From Defluviicoccus sp. (GTDB lineage: Bacteria; Pseudomonadota; Alphaproteobacteria; MPNO01), in assembly GCA_022823775.1 (NCBI GenBank), contig JAJEHI010000156.1, positions 3,513-67,512 on the forward strand: a stretch of DNA of 64,000 nt, given 5' to 3'. This document shows, piece after piece, positions 19,897 to 28,982 of this stretch; position 1 is the stretch's first letter, and every line of letters begins with the position of its first letter. The notes below the pieces were generated by a model. That model searched no databases, was not told the origin of the DNA, and was given only the letters and a program-made list of their open reading frames with translations. A program made the translations under genes and the position numbers.

Positions 19897-21522
19897 ATGC
19901 GCGCGATTGACATCGGTAACGGCCGGCTTGCCGCCGGGCCGCGGGGCATCGTCCTCGCGGCGGCCGGCGCGGCGCTGCTCTGCGCCGCGCTCGGCGGTCC
20001 CGCGGCCGCGCAGGACAACCCGCCGCCGCTGTCGGGGCGCGCCAAGGCAGCCGACGCCAACGGGAACGGGGTGATCGATCGGGACGAGGCCGGCGGTCCG
20101 CTCGCCGCCAATTTCGACGAGATGGACTGCAACAAGAGCAATTCGCTCGACGGCAACGAGATCCGTGCCTTCTTCACCGGTGCCGGCTGTGCGTCGCTCG
20201 CTGCCGCGCCGGCGGCGGACAAACCGCCCCCGCCGCCGCTGTCGGGGCGCGCCAAGGCGGCGGACGCCAACGGGAACGGGGTGATCGACCGGGACGAGGC
20301 GGGCGGTCCGCTCGCCGCCAATTTCGACGAGATGGACTGCGACAAGAGCGGCTCGCTCGACGGCAACGAGATCCGCGCCTTCTTCACCGGTGCCGGCTGT
20401 GCGTCGATCGCCGCCGCCGCGAAGCCCGCGACTCCCGCCGCCTCCCCTCCGACCGGGCAGCGCAGCCCGCCCCGCGGCGGCGGACGACCTCCCTCGACGG
20501 TGACGCTCGACGACGTGATCGCCGAGCCGCTCGCCAAGACGACCCCCGTCATCGGACGGCTCGTCGCCCGCCAGTCGGGCGTGGTGGCGAGCCAGGTGCG
20601 CGGCGCGGTGGTCGAGATGCGGGTCGATGTCGGCGACCGGGTCGAGCGCGGGCAGGTCATCGCCGTGCTCGCGGACGGACGGATGAAGACCGCGCGGGAC
20701 CGGTTCGCCGCTTCCGTCGCGCGGTTTCGCGGGCTGGTGGCGGCGGCTGAAGCCGAGTACCGAAAGAAACAGGGCGAGCTCAAGCGGCTCGGCCGGCTGA
20801 GCAAGTCGGCGGCCTTCTCGCGGGCCCGCTACGAGGATCTGCAGCGCGATGTCCAGGCCCGCCGCGGCGCGCTGGACGACCGGCGCGGACAGTTGCAGGA
20901 AGCCAGGGCGCAGCTTCGCCAGGCGGAGATCGATCTGGCGGACACCGACATCAAGGCGCCGTTTCCCGGCGTGGTGACCGAAAAGCACATCGACATCGGC
21001 ACCTATCTCAATGTCGGCGCGCGCGTGGTCAGCGTTCTCAACGACACCGATCTCGAGGTCGAGGCGGAAGTGCCCTCCGACCGGCTGGGCGAGCTCTCGA
21101 CCGGCGCGCTCGTCGCGCTGACGCTGGACGACGGTTCGCGCCATCGGGCGACGGTCCGCGCCGTCGTCCCGACCGAGAACGTCCGCACCCGCACCCGCCC
21201 GGTGCGCTTTACCCCCAATTTCGGCAAGACCCGAATGCGGCTGGCCGCCGACCAGAGCGTCACCGTGCTGATCCCCATCGGCAGCGGCCGACAGGTGGCG
21301 ACCGTGCACAAGGACGCCGTGGTGCGCGGCGGCGCCGATGCGTTCGTCTTCGTCGTCAAGGACAACCTCGCCCGGCGGGTGAAGGTCCGGCTCGGCGATG
21401 GCATGGGGTCGCGCTTTGTCGTGTTCGACGGGGTGAAGCCCGGCCAGAAGGTCGTCATCCGCGGCAACGAGACGCTCGGCCGCGGCGGGCCCGTGCGCAT
21501 TCGGGGCGGCGCGGGGAGCTGA
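19897..21522 (+). CDS. RND efflux periplasmic adaptor (MFP) with N-terminal duplicated EF-hand module
   Basis: Signal peptide ending AAA-QD; four 12-residue EF loops; then VDVGDRVERGQVIA lipoyl-like, coiled hairpin, IKAPFPGVV, VKLG..G.KVVIRG MFP motifs. Confidence 0.9.
   Translation: MRAIDIGNGRLAAGPRGIVLAAAGAALLCAALGGPAAAQDNPPPLSGRAKAADANGNGVIDRDEAGGPLAANFDEMDCNKSNSLDGNEIRAFFTGAGCASLAAAPAADKPPPPPLSGRAKAADANGNGVIDRDEAGGPLAANFDEMDCDKSGSLDGNEIRAFFTGAGCASIAAAAKPATPAASPPTGQRSPPRGGGRPPSTVTLDDVIAEPLAKTTPVIGRLVARQSGVVASQVRGAVVEMRVDVGDRVERGQVIAVLADGRMKTARDRFAASVARFRGLVAAAEAEYRKKQGELKRLGRLSKSAAFSRARYEDLQRDVQARRGALDDRRGQLQEARAQLRQAEIDLADTDIKAPFPGVVTEKHIDIGTYLNVGARVVSVLNDTDLEVEAEVPSDRLGELSTGALVALTLDDGSRHRATVRAVVPTENVRTRTRPVRFTPNFGKTRMRLAADQSVTVLIPIGSGRQVATVHKDAVVRGGADAFVFVVKDNLARRVKVRLGDGMGSRFVVFDGVKPGQKVVIRGNETLGRGGPVRIRGGAGS
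20020..20417 (+). repeat. Intragenic direct repeat, 210-bp period (20020-20207 vs 20230-20417)
   Basis: Manual alignment gives 11 mismatches in 188 nt. Confidence 0.95.
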
Positions 21523-21543
21523 TCGGATGAGGGGCGGTTCGGC

Positions 21544-24500
21544 ATGAATCTCATCCGCCTCTCCATCGAGCGCCCGATGGCGGTCGTCGCCATGGTGCTG
21601 ATGATCATCCTGTTCGGCTATGTCGCGCTGCAGCGCATCCCGATCCAGATGGCGCCCGACGTCCGCCAGCCGGTGCTCATCGTCACCACGAACTGGCGCG
21701 GCGCGGCGCCGGCGGAGGTCGAGCGCGAAATCGTCATTCCGCAGGAGGACGAGCTCAAACGGCTCGAGGGTGTCCAGCGGGTGCTCTCGGAAGCGAGCCA
21801 CGGAAGAGGCAAGATCACGCTCGAATTCGCGCCCGGCGTCAATTTCGACCGCATGCTGCTGCTGGTCTCCAACCGTCTGGACCGGGTGACCAACTATCCC
21901 GAGGAGGCGGAGGAACCGACGCTCGGGACGTCGGGAACCGAGGACAACGCCATCGCCTGGTTCCTTTTCAGCCGGGACGAGGGCAACGACACCCCGATGC
22001 TCGAATACGGCGACTTCCTGCGCGACGTGGTGCAGGAGCGTCTGGAACGCGTGCCCGGCGTCGGCGGCGTCAACATCTTCGGCGAGACCGAGCGCGAGAT
22101 GCAGATCGTCATCGATCCGGAGCGGCTCGCGAGATACCGGCTCACCGTGGGTCAGGTCGTCGCCCGGCTGCGCGCCGCCAACGCGTCGATCACCGGCGGC
22201 GACATCGACGAAGGCAAGCGACGCTACACGGTGCGCACGGAAGGCGATTTCGCCGAGACGGGCGAGGTCGAGGCGGTCGTCCTCAGGTCGAACGCGCAGG
22301 GCGCCGGGCTCGGCCGGGTGACGGTGGGCGACGTCGCCACCGTCACGCTCGCCTACAAGGAGGCGCGCGCGCGGATGTCGTCGAACGGCGTTCCGGCGCT
22401 CGCGCTCAACCTGACCCGGGAGCAGGGCGCCAACGTGATCGAGACCATGAAGCTGGCCCAGGCGACGATGGCCGAGCTTCGGGACGGCCCCATCAAGGAG
22501 AAGGGGCTGAAGGTAAAGCAGGTCTACAACGAGACCGACTACATCAACTCCTCGATCGCATTGGTCATGCAGAACATCTATTTCGGCGGTGTTCTGGCGA
22601 TCGTCATTCTTCTCGTGTTCCTGAGATCGTGGCGTCCGACGGTCGTCATCGGATTCGCCATTCCGGTCTCCGTGGTCGGTTCTTTCGTCGCCATGGCGCT
22701 GCTCGGACGGTCGCTGAACGTGATCAGCCTCGCCGGCATCGCCTTCGCCGTCGGCATGGTCGTCGACGCCGCGATCGTCGTGCTCGAGAACATCTACCGC
22801 CTGCGCCAGGGCGGCATGAGCCGCGCCGAGGCCGCCTATCGCGGCACCGCCCAGATCTGGCCCGCGGTGCTGGTCTCCGCGCTTACCACGGTGATGGTGT
22901 TCATCCCGATCCTGATCATGGATCTCGAGGTCGGCCAGCTGTTCCGCGACATCGCCGTGGCGATCTCGGTGTCCGTGCTGCTGTCGCTGCTGGTCGCGGT
23001 GACGCTGATCCCCGCGCTCTCGAACCGGATGCTGACGGGACGGATCCCGACGCTGAAGTCCCGGGTCCGTCTCCCGGTCATCGACACCTTCGGGCGCGGC
23101 TTCGCCCTCTTCTGGCGTCACTTCGCGCGCCTCGTCGTGCGTTCGAAGCTCCTGGCCCTCCTCGTGGTCGGCGTGATCACCGCTGCGGCGGGCGTTTTCG
23201 CCGTCGCCTACCTGCCCAAGCTCGACTATCTGCCCGTCGGCAACCGGAACTTCATCATCGGCTTCGTGCTGCCGCCCGCGGGCTACAATCTCGATACGAC
23301 CGAAACGATCGCGCGCGGCGTGGAGAAAAGGACGCGCAAGAACTGGTCCGACGCGGCGCTCGCCGCGTCCGGCGATGCCCACCCGCCCGGAACCGACGAA
23401 GCGCAGAAGGTGATCGACCGGTTCTTCTTCGTCGCGTTGCGCGGACGCGCCTTCATCGCCGCCCGCCATGTCGACGACCAGAAGGCGGCCGACCTGATCC
23501 CGATAATGCAGGCACCCGCCCGCGAGGAACCGGGAACCCTCGGTTTCGTGTTTCAGCCCTCGCTGTTCGGCCGATCGATCGGCACCGGCCGTTCGATCGG
23601 AATCGACATTTCGGGCCCCGACCTCGAAACGATTTTCGCGACCGGGCGGCAGGTGTTCTTCCGTACCATGGGAGCGCTGTCGCCGCGCGACGGCCACCGC
23701 ATCCGGCCGAGACCGGCGCTCACGCTGGGCGAGCCCGAAGTCCGGGTGGTGCCGGACCGGGTCAAGCTTGCCGACAACGGCCTGTCGGCGCGCGACCTCG
23801 GCCAGGCCGTCGACGCCTTCAACGACGGTGTGCGCATCGCCGAGATCAACGTCGACGGCAAACGCATCGACCTCACGCTCAAGGGTCCGGCGCGGACCGA
23901 GGAATCGACCCAGTCGATCGGGGTGCTGCCCGTGGTCACGACGGACGGCCGCATCCTGCCGGTGCGCAGCCTGTCGGATGTCGCGGTGACCAACGGTCCG
24001 ACCCAGATCCGGCGCATCGACCGGGTGCGGACCGTTACGATGTCGGTATCGCCCGCGCGCGACATGCCGCTTCAGGCCGCGATGGACAAGATCCGCGACG
24101 AGGTGATCGAGCCGCTCCGCAAAAGCGGCCTGCCCGACGGCGTGCGCATACGAATGTCGGGTTCGGCCGACAAGTTGACCACGACCTGGAACGAGATCGT
24201 GCTCGATCTCGCGCTTGCCGTCATTATCGTCTACCTGGTGATGGCGGTTTTGTTCGAGAGCTTTGTCTACCCGCTCATCGTGCTCTTGTCGGTGCCGATC
24301 GCCGCGGCCGGCGGGCTCGCCGGGTTGTCGCTCCTCAATACCTACGTCACCCAGCCGCTCGACATGCTGACCATGCTGGGATTCGTCATATTGGTCGGCA
24401 TTGTCGTCAACAATGCGATTCTGCTGGTCCATCAGACGCTCTATCACATCCGCCATGACGGCATGGAGGTAGGCAAGGCGATCGAGGTGGCGACCGAGTA

Positions 24501-24750
24501 CCGCATCCGGCCCATCTTCATGTCGACCCTGACGTCGATCTTCGGAATGCTGCCCCTGGTGGTATTCCCGGGCGCGGGTTCCGAGCTCTATCGCGGTCTC
24601 GGATCGGTCGTGCTCGGCGGGCTGTCGCTCTCCGCCGTCCTCACCATGGCGGTGGTGCCGCCGATGATGTCGATCACCGTCGGCGTGCTCGAGCGCCGGG
24701 CGGCAAAGAAGGCCGAGGCGCTCCAGGGGGATGTTGCGCCGGCCGAGTAA
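21544..24750 (+). CDS. RND transporter permease (AcrB/AcrD/AcrF family)
   Basis: 1068 aa; GMVVDAAIVVLENI, GIVVNNAILL, RIRPIFMSTLT; two large periplasmic loops. Confidence 0.94.
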   Translation: MNLIRLSIERPMAVVAMVLMIILFGYVALQRIPIQMAPDVRQPVLIVTTNWRGAAPAEVEREIVIPQEDELKRLEGVQRVLSEASHGRGKITLEFAPGVNFDRMLLLVSNRLDRVTNYPEEAEEPTLGTSGTEDNAIAWFLFSRDEGNDTPMLEYGDFLRDVVQERLERVPGVGGVNIFGETEREMQIVIDPERLARYRLTVGQVVARLRAANASITGGDIDEGKRRYTVRTEGDFAETGEVEAVVLRSNAQGAGLGRVTVGDVATVTLAYKEARARMSSNGVPALALNLTREQGANVIETMKLAQATMAELRDGPIKEKGLKVKQVYNETDYINSSIALVMQNIYFGGVLAIVILLVFLRSWRPTVVIGFAIPVSVVGSFVAMALLGRSLNVISLAGIAFAVGMVVDAAIVVLENIYRLRQGGMSRAEAAYRGTAQIWPAVLVSALTTVMVFIPILIMDLEVGQLFRDIAVAISVSVLLSLLVAVTLIPALSNRMLTGRIPTLKSRVRLPVIDTFGRGFALFWRHFARLVVRSKLLALLVVGVITAAAGVFAVAYLPKLDYLPVGNRNFIIGFVLPPAGYNLDTTETIARGVEKRTRKNWSDAALAASGDAHPPGTDEAQKVIDRFFFVALRGRAFIAARHVDDQKAADLIPIMQAPAREEPGTLGFVFQPSLFGRSIGTGRSIGIDISGPDLETIFATGRQVFFRTMGALSPRDGHRIRPRPALTLGEPEVRVVPDRVKLADNGLSARDLGQAVDAFNDGVRIAEINVDGKRIDLTLKGPARTEESTQSIGVLPVVTTDGRILPVRSLSDVAVTNGPTQIRRIDRVRTVTMSVSPARDMPLQAAMDKIRDEVIEPLRKSGLPDGVRIRMSGSADKLTTTWNEIVLDLALAVIIVYLVMAVLFESFVYPLIVLLSVPIAAAGGLAGLSLLNTYVTQPLDMLTMLGFVILVGIVVNNAILLVHQTLYHIRHDGMEVGKAIEVATEYRIRPIFMSTLTSIFGMLPLVVFPGAGSELYRGLGSVVLGGLSLSAVLTMAVVPPMMSITVGVLERRAAKKAEALQGDVAPAE

Positions 24751-24756
24751 GCGCGC

Positions 24757-24786
24757 TTGGCGCAACCGTCCGACGGGCCTTATAGT
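24757..24786 (+). promoter_or_regulatory. Putative sigma70 promoter of the downstream amidohydrolase
   Basis: TTGGCG-18 nt-TATAGT, 45 nt upstream of the ATG, with GGAGG SD. Confidence 0.5.
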
Positions 24787-24831
24787 GGTCGGCCGCTTCG
24801 CTGAAGAGTCCCATTCCGGAGGCCGCCACGC

Positions 24832-26052
24832 ATGACCGACCAGACCACACGCGCCCTCGACGAGATCACTGTCAGGACCGACACCAGGGACGTTCTCGCC
24901 CATGCCGCGCGCGAGGCGAAGAAGCATCGCTTTGACGAGATGCTGATCGTCGACGTCGACGCGCACATCACCGAGACCGCGTTTTGGGGCGAAATCGTCG
25001 ATCGCATCGACAGCGACGTATACCGCCATATGGCGGCATCGTTCCGCGACCGGGTCGGCTCTCCGCCGGGTCTTCTCAACGCGACTCCCGGGCTGCTCTA
25101 TCAGGACGTGTTCGGCCGCATCCCGCATCAGCAGAGCCAGGCGGAAGCGATCGAGGATTCCGATGTCCACCGGCAGGTGACGCTGACCCGCCGGGCGATG
25201 GATTCGATGAGCATCGACTACATGGTCGTTTTCCCCACTCCGATGCTCCTGCTCGGAACCCATCCCCAGCCCGAGGTCGAGGTCGAGCTGGCCTGGGCCT
25301 TCAACCGCTGGCTGACGGAAGAGGTGCTGCCCGAGGAGCCCCGCATGAAGGGGCTTTTGTACCTTCCCTTCAACACGCCGGAAGTGTGCCCGCGTTTCGT
25401 AGAGGAGTTCGGCGACAAGCCGGGATCGATGGGCTTCACCGTCACGTCGACGCGTTACAAGGCGGTTCACCATAATTCCTACATGCCGCTCTACGCCGCG
25501 CTCGAGGAACGGAGCCTGCCGCTCGCCTTCCATGCCGGGTTCAACTGGGAGGACGGGTCGATGGCGCAGCTCAACCGGTTCCTCTCGATGCACGCGCTGA
25601 GCTTCGTCCATTGCAACCTGATCCATATGACCAACTGGGTGGTCAACGGACTGCCGGTGCGTTTCCCCAACCTCAAGGTGCTATGGATCGAGAGCGGGCT
25701 TGCATGGGTGCCCTACCTGATGCAGCGGCTGGATTCCGAATACATGATGCGGTCGTCGGAGGCGCCGCTGCTGACACGCAAACCGAGCGAGTACATCAAG
25801 GAGATGTACTTCTCCAGCCAGCCGCTCGAAAGTCAGCATCCCAAGCTGATGGAAGCGTCCTTCGAGGCGGTCGACGCGGAAACCCAGCTTCTCTGGTGCT
25901 CCGACTGGCCCCACTGGGACTTCGATTCGCCGTCGGTGATCTGGGATCTGCCGTTCCTCAACGAGCGGCAGAAACGCAGGATCATGGGCGAGAACGCCGC
26001 CGAGTTGTTCGGTCTCGACAACCCCTACCTGGCGCGCCAGGCGGCGGAATAG
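24832..26052 (+). CDS. Amidohydrolase_2 family metal-dependent hydrolase/decarboxylase
   Basis: VDVDAH, AFHAG, LWIESG, WCSDWPHWD. Confidence 0.85.
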   Translation: MTDQTTRALDEITVRTDTRDVLAHAAREAKKHRFDEMLIVDVDAHITETAFWGEIVDRIDSDVYRHMAASFRDRVGSPPGLLNATPGLLYQDVFGRIPHQQSQAEAIEDSDVHRQVTLTRRAMDSMSIDYMVVFPTPMLLLGTHPQPEVEVELAWAFNRWLTEEVLPEEPRMKGLLYLPFNTPEVCPRFVEEFGDKPGSMGFTVTSTRYKAVHHNSYMPLYAALEERSLPLAFHAGFNWEDGSMAQLNRFLSMHALSFVHCNLIHMTNWVVNGLPVRFPNLKVLWIESGLAWVPYLMQRLDSEYMMRSSEAPLLTRKPSEYIKEMYFSSQPLESQHPKLMEASFEAVDAETQLLWCSDWPHWDFDSPSVIWDLPFLNERQKRRIMGENAAELFGLDNPYLARQAAE

Positions 26053-26152
26053 GGTGCGTCCGTTCCGGTCGTAGTCTCGGCGGCCCCTGCGGCGTGCCGT
26101 TATCGGCACCCTCGTATGACGCGGTATCGGCGGCCGGTCATCTCTCTTTTTT

Positions 26153-26479
26153 TTATTCCCTCCGCCTTGGGCCCCTTGAAGCGCTTGAAATCGCGATCCT
26201 CCGTGATCGACTGAGATACTCCGTCCCGGGACCGAGCACCGTCACGCTCGGCGAGGCGAGAAGCCTGGACAGCGCCTCGCACGCTTCCTCGGCCGTGTGC
26301 GGGGAATGGAACAGCCGCGGGTGCGTGATTACCCGAACGAACTCGCCGATGCAGAACACCGGAATCGCCCAGCGGGAAGGCGACTCGGCCAGCGCCACGA
26401 CACACGCGTGAGCCGCACCGTGTTTCGGCGAATCGTGGCGATGCGCGTGGACGAGAATGTTGGTGTCGACCGCGATCAA
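26153..26479 (-). pseudogene. vapC: VapC (PIN) toxin with internal deletion and frameshift
   Basis: MIAVDTNILVHA...IGEFVRVITHPR in one frame; the PIN C-terminal motif ITEDRDFKRF lies in another frame after about 26214-26224. Confidence 0.75.
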
Positions 26480-26715
26480 TCGCGCCCGTCCATTCTCTCG
26501 TAAAGCAGGCCGCGATCGTCGAGGTCCACGCCAGCGATCGCACGGCCCCGCTTGGTCAGCAACTGGGCGCGGAAATCACGTACGGGACCGCGCGCGGGCC
26601 GGAGATAATCCCGCAAGGCGCGCTCGATCAGGCGGGTCAGCGTTTCGCCGTCCCGCGCGGCGCGCGCCTTGGCTTCGCGAATCAGGCGATCATCGAAGTT
26701 CAGCGTCGTCTTCAT
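26476..26715 (-). CDS. VapB-type antitoxin (DUF2191-like)
   Basis: MKTTLNFDDRLIREAKARAARDGETLTRLIERAL; stop overlaps the vapC start by 4 bp. Confidence 0.8.
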   Translation of the reverse strand: MKTTLNFDDRLIREAKARAARDGETLTRLIERALRDYLRPARGPVRDFRAQLLTKRGRAIAGVDLDDRGLLYERMDGRD

Positions 26716-26811
26716 ACAGAAATATGTATTCCTGACTTCGGCACTATCAACGCGCTCACCGGCGCAATCGCCGTCCGAGCCGGATACCGTTCGGGTGGAG
26801 AGGCATCGCTC

Positions 26812-27600
26812 TCAGTTGTGCCCGGTGCGGTCCAGAAAGTCCTCGACCGCGGCGAGGAACGCGTCGGGACGTTCGGCGTGCACCCAGTGTCCGGCACCGG
26901 GAATTCGGACAAGCTGCGCGTTCGGGAAGTATCGTTCGACGGTCGGCATGTGCTCGGGGCGGATATAGTCCGATGCGCCGCCGCCGATCAGCAGGGTCGG
27001 ACCGTCGAACGCCGCCGGGGACGGCAGGTGCGGGAAATCCCACAGGGTTTCCTGGGCCGCCGCGATTGCCGCGAGGTTGAGACGCCAGACATACCGCCCG
27101 TCGCTCGGCGCCAGGTTCTGTAGCAGGAAACCGCGCAGCGCCGCGTCCGGCACCGCTTCGGCAAGCCTCTCGTCCGCGGCGGCCCGCCGGTCGATGCCAT
27201 CGAGGTCGAGGCCGAGCAGCGCATCCACCAGCGACGCGAAGCCGTGGCCGTAGCGGACCGGCGCGATATCGACCGCGATGAGGCGACCGACCCGTTCCGG
27301 CGCGATCAGCGCGGCCGCCATCGCCGCCTTGCCGCCCATGCTGTGGCCGATCGCGGTCGGCCGAGACAGACCCTGCGTCCGGATATAGCGCAGCAGGTCC
27401 TCCGCCATCGCGGGGTAGCTCATCTCGTTCGTCCAGGGCGAGGCGCCGTGGTTGCGCATGTCGAGCGCGTGCACGGTGTGTCGTTCGGCAAGGCGCCGGG
27501 CGACGGATGTCCAGTTGCGCGCCGAGCCGAACAGGCCATGGGCGACGACGATCGCTGGGCCCTGGCCGGACCGGATGGCGTTGAGCTCGACCGCCGGCAT
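26812..27600 (-). CDS. Alpha/beta hydrolase, YbfF-like esterase
   Basis: AHGLFGSARNW, GHSMGGK, GAGHWVHAE. Confidence 0.88.
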   Translation of the reverse strand: MPAVELNAIRSGQGPAIVVAHGLFGSARNWTSVARRLAERHTVHALDMRNHGASPWTNEMSYPAMAEDLLRYIRTQGLSRPTAIGHSMGGKAAMAAALIAPERVGRLIAVDIAPVRYGHGFASLVDALLGLDLDGIDRRAAADERLAEAVPDAALRGFLLQNLAPSDGRYVWRLNLAAIAAAQETLWDFPHLPSPAAFDGPTLLIGGGASDYIRPEHMPTVERYFPNAQLVRIPGAGHWVHAERPDAFLAAVEDFLDRTGHN

Positions 27601-28337
27601 CAGCACGCTCCTTTCCGGTCGCCGCCCTCGACTTCTTCGTTCAGGCGCGCGGTCTCCGTCTCGATCCGGTCGCGCAAACGGTCCATGAACGGCTTTCGCT
27701 CCAGGCCGGGCGCGATCGCCGGAAGCATCGAGACGACGATCCGCCCGGGGCGCTTGACGAATTCCCGCCGCGCCCAGTAGAGCCCCGAATTGAGCGCGAC
27801 CGGCACGACCGGAACGTCGAGCGCGGCGTAGAGCGCGGCGATTCCGGGACGGTAGGGGAGCCGTTGCCCCGGTGCGGTTCGCGTCCCCTCCGGGAAAACG
27901 ACGATATCCCGCCCGGTCGCGAGATATACTCCCGCCGTTCGCACCATCCTCCTCAGCGCCGCGGCGCCGGCGCGGCGGTCGACGGAAATCATGCCAAGCC
28001 GCACCAGGTACCATCCCACGAAGGGCATCCAGGCCAGCTCGCCCTTCATGACGATGGCGGGTTCGCGGAACAGGCGCATCAGGACCAGCGTGTCCCAGGC
28101 CGACTGATGCTTGATGGCGTAGATCGCGGGCCCCTTCGCGCGATGCGCCGAGCCGCGAACTTCGTATGTCAGGCCGACCGTTGTCGACAGCAGCCAGAAC
28201 GTGCCGTCGATCCACAGCCTGGCGACGCCCAGCACGGCGGGACGGGGCAGCAGCAGCACCGGCAGGGTCAGGAGGCCCAGCCCCAGGGTCCAGACGTAGA
28301 ATGCCGTCTGGAACGCCAGCGAACGCAACCCGATCAT
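27600..28337 (-). CDS. plsC: 1-acyl-sn-glycerol-3-phosphate acyltransferase
   Basis: KHQSAWD, FPEGTR, PVALNSG. Confidence 0.9.
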   Translation of the reverse strand: MIGLRSLAFQTAFYVWTLGLGLLTLPVLLLPRPAVLGVARLWIDGTFWLLSTTVGLTYEVRGSAHRAKGPAIYAIKHQSAWDTLVLMRLFREPAIVMKGELAWMPFVGWYLVRLGMISVDRRAGAAALRRMVRTAGVYLATGRDIVVFPEGTRTAPGQRLPYRPGIAALYAALDVPVVPVALNSGLYWARREFVKRPGRIVVSMLPAIAPGLERKPFMDRLRDRIETETARLNEEVEGGDRKGAC

Positions 28338-28972
28338 CCGCGCGCCGAGCGGGGAGAGGAAAGTCCGACGAACGCCGCCAGATATTTGTGAAATTCGCTC
28401 ACCACGAGCAGCGCCGAATTGCGACCGCACCACCAGCATTCCCGCTCGAACGCCTCCGGAAACACGGGATGGGGAACGATCTTGATGTCGGGAAGCGCGC
28501 GGCGGAATTCGAGCAGGCTCCGCGGCATATGGTAGTTCGCGGTCACCAGGCGCAGGGAGCGGTTGTCCGCCGAGCGCATCCATTGCGCGGTCTCCCGCGC
28601 GTTTCCCGCCGTGTTGTCCGCGGCGTAGCCGACGGTTATGCAGCACTCCACGTCGTCCGGTTTGCGGCGCGCCAGTTGCAGCAGCGCGTCCACGTCTATC
28701 CCGCGATAGACGCCCGACACGAACAACTTCTCGCCGCTCCCCTCGGCAAGCAGCCTCAGCCCCTCGGACAAGCGGCCGGCGCCGCCGGTAAGCACCACGA
28801 TGGCGTCGGTCCGTTCCCCGGTATCGGGCGGGTCGGACGGGATCCGCTCGGCGTACCACAACAGCCCGGCGAGCCAGACGCCGAGGACCAGCACGGCGAT
28901 TACGAGAACCCCGATCAGCCGGCGCGCGGCGCGGCGCCTCCTGCCACCCAACCGGATCGGCCGCAAGTACAT
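28334..28972 (-). CDS. YdcF/DUF218 family protein
   Basis: TM helix, DAIVVLTGG, NTAGNA, VTANYHMPRS. Confidence 0.85.
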   Translation of the reverse strand: MYLRPIRLGGRRRRAARRLIGVLVIAVLVLGVWLAGLLWYAERIPSDPPDTGERTDAIVVLTGGAGRLSEGLRLLAEGSGEKLFVSGVYRGIDVDALLQLARRKPDDVECCITVGYAADNTAGNARETAQWMRSADNRSLRLVTANYHMPRSLLEFRRALPDIKIVPHPVFPEAFERECWWCGRNSALLVVSEFHKYLAAFVGLSSPRSARG

Positions 28973-28982
28973 GACCCGGGCT

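Noticed and set aside
20020-20417. Direct repeat as CRISPR or mobile-element end
   Set aside because: In-frame coding duplication, two copies only, no spacers or cas genes.
18487-25626. 2379-aa minus-strand ORF
   Set aside because: Antisense shadow of four well-supported plus-strand genes in about 70% GC DNA; no family motifs. The same applies to other long shadows (2114-5008, 10810-13890, 31797-34700, 44201-47797).
26100-26160. T-run (26148-26154) as intrinsic terminator
   Set aside because: No convincing GC stem immediately before the T-run.
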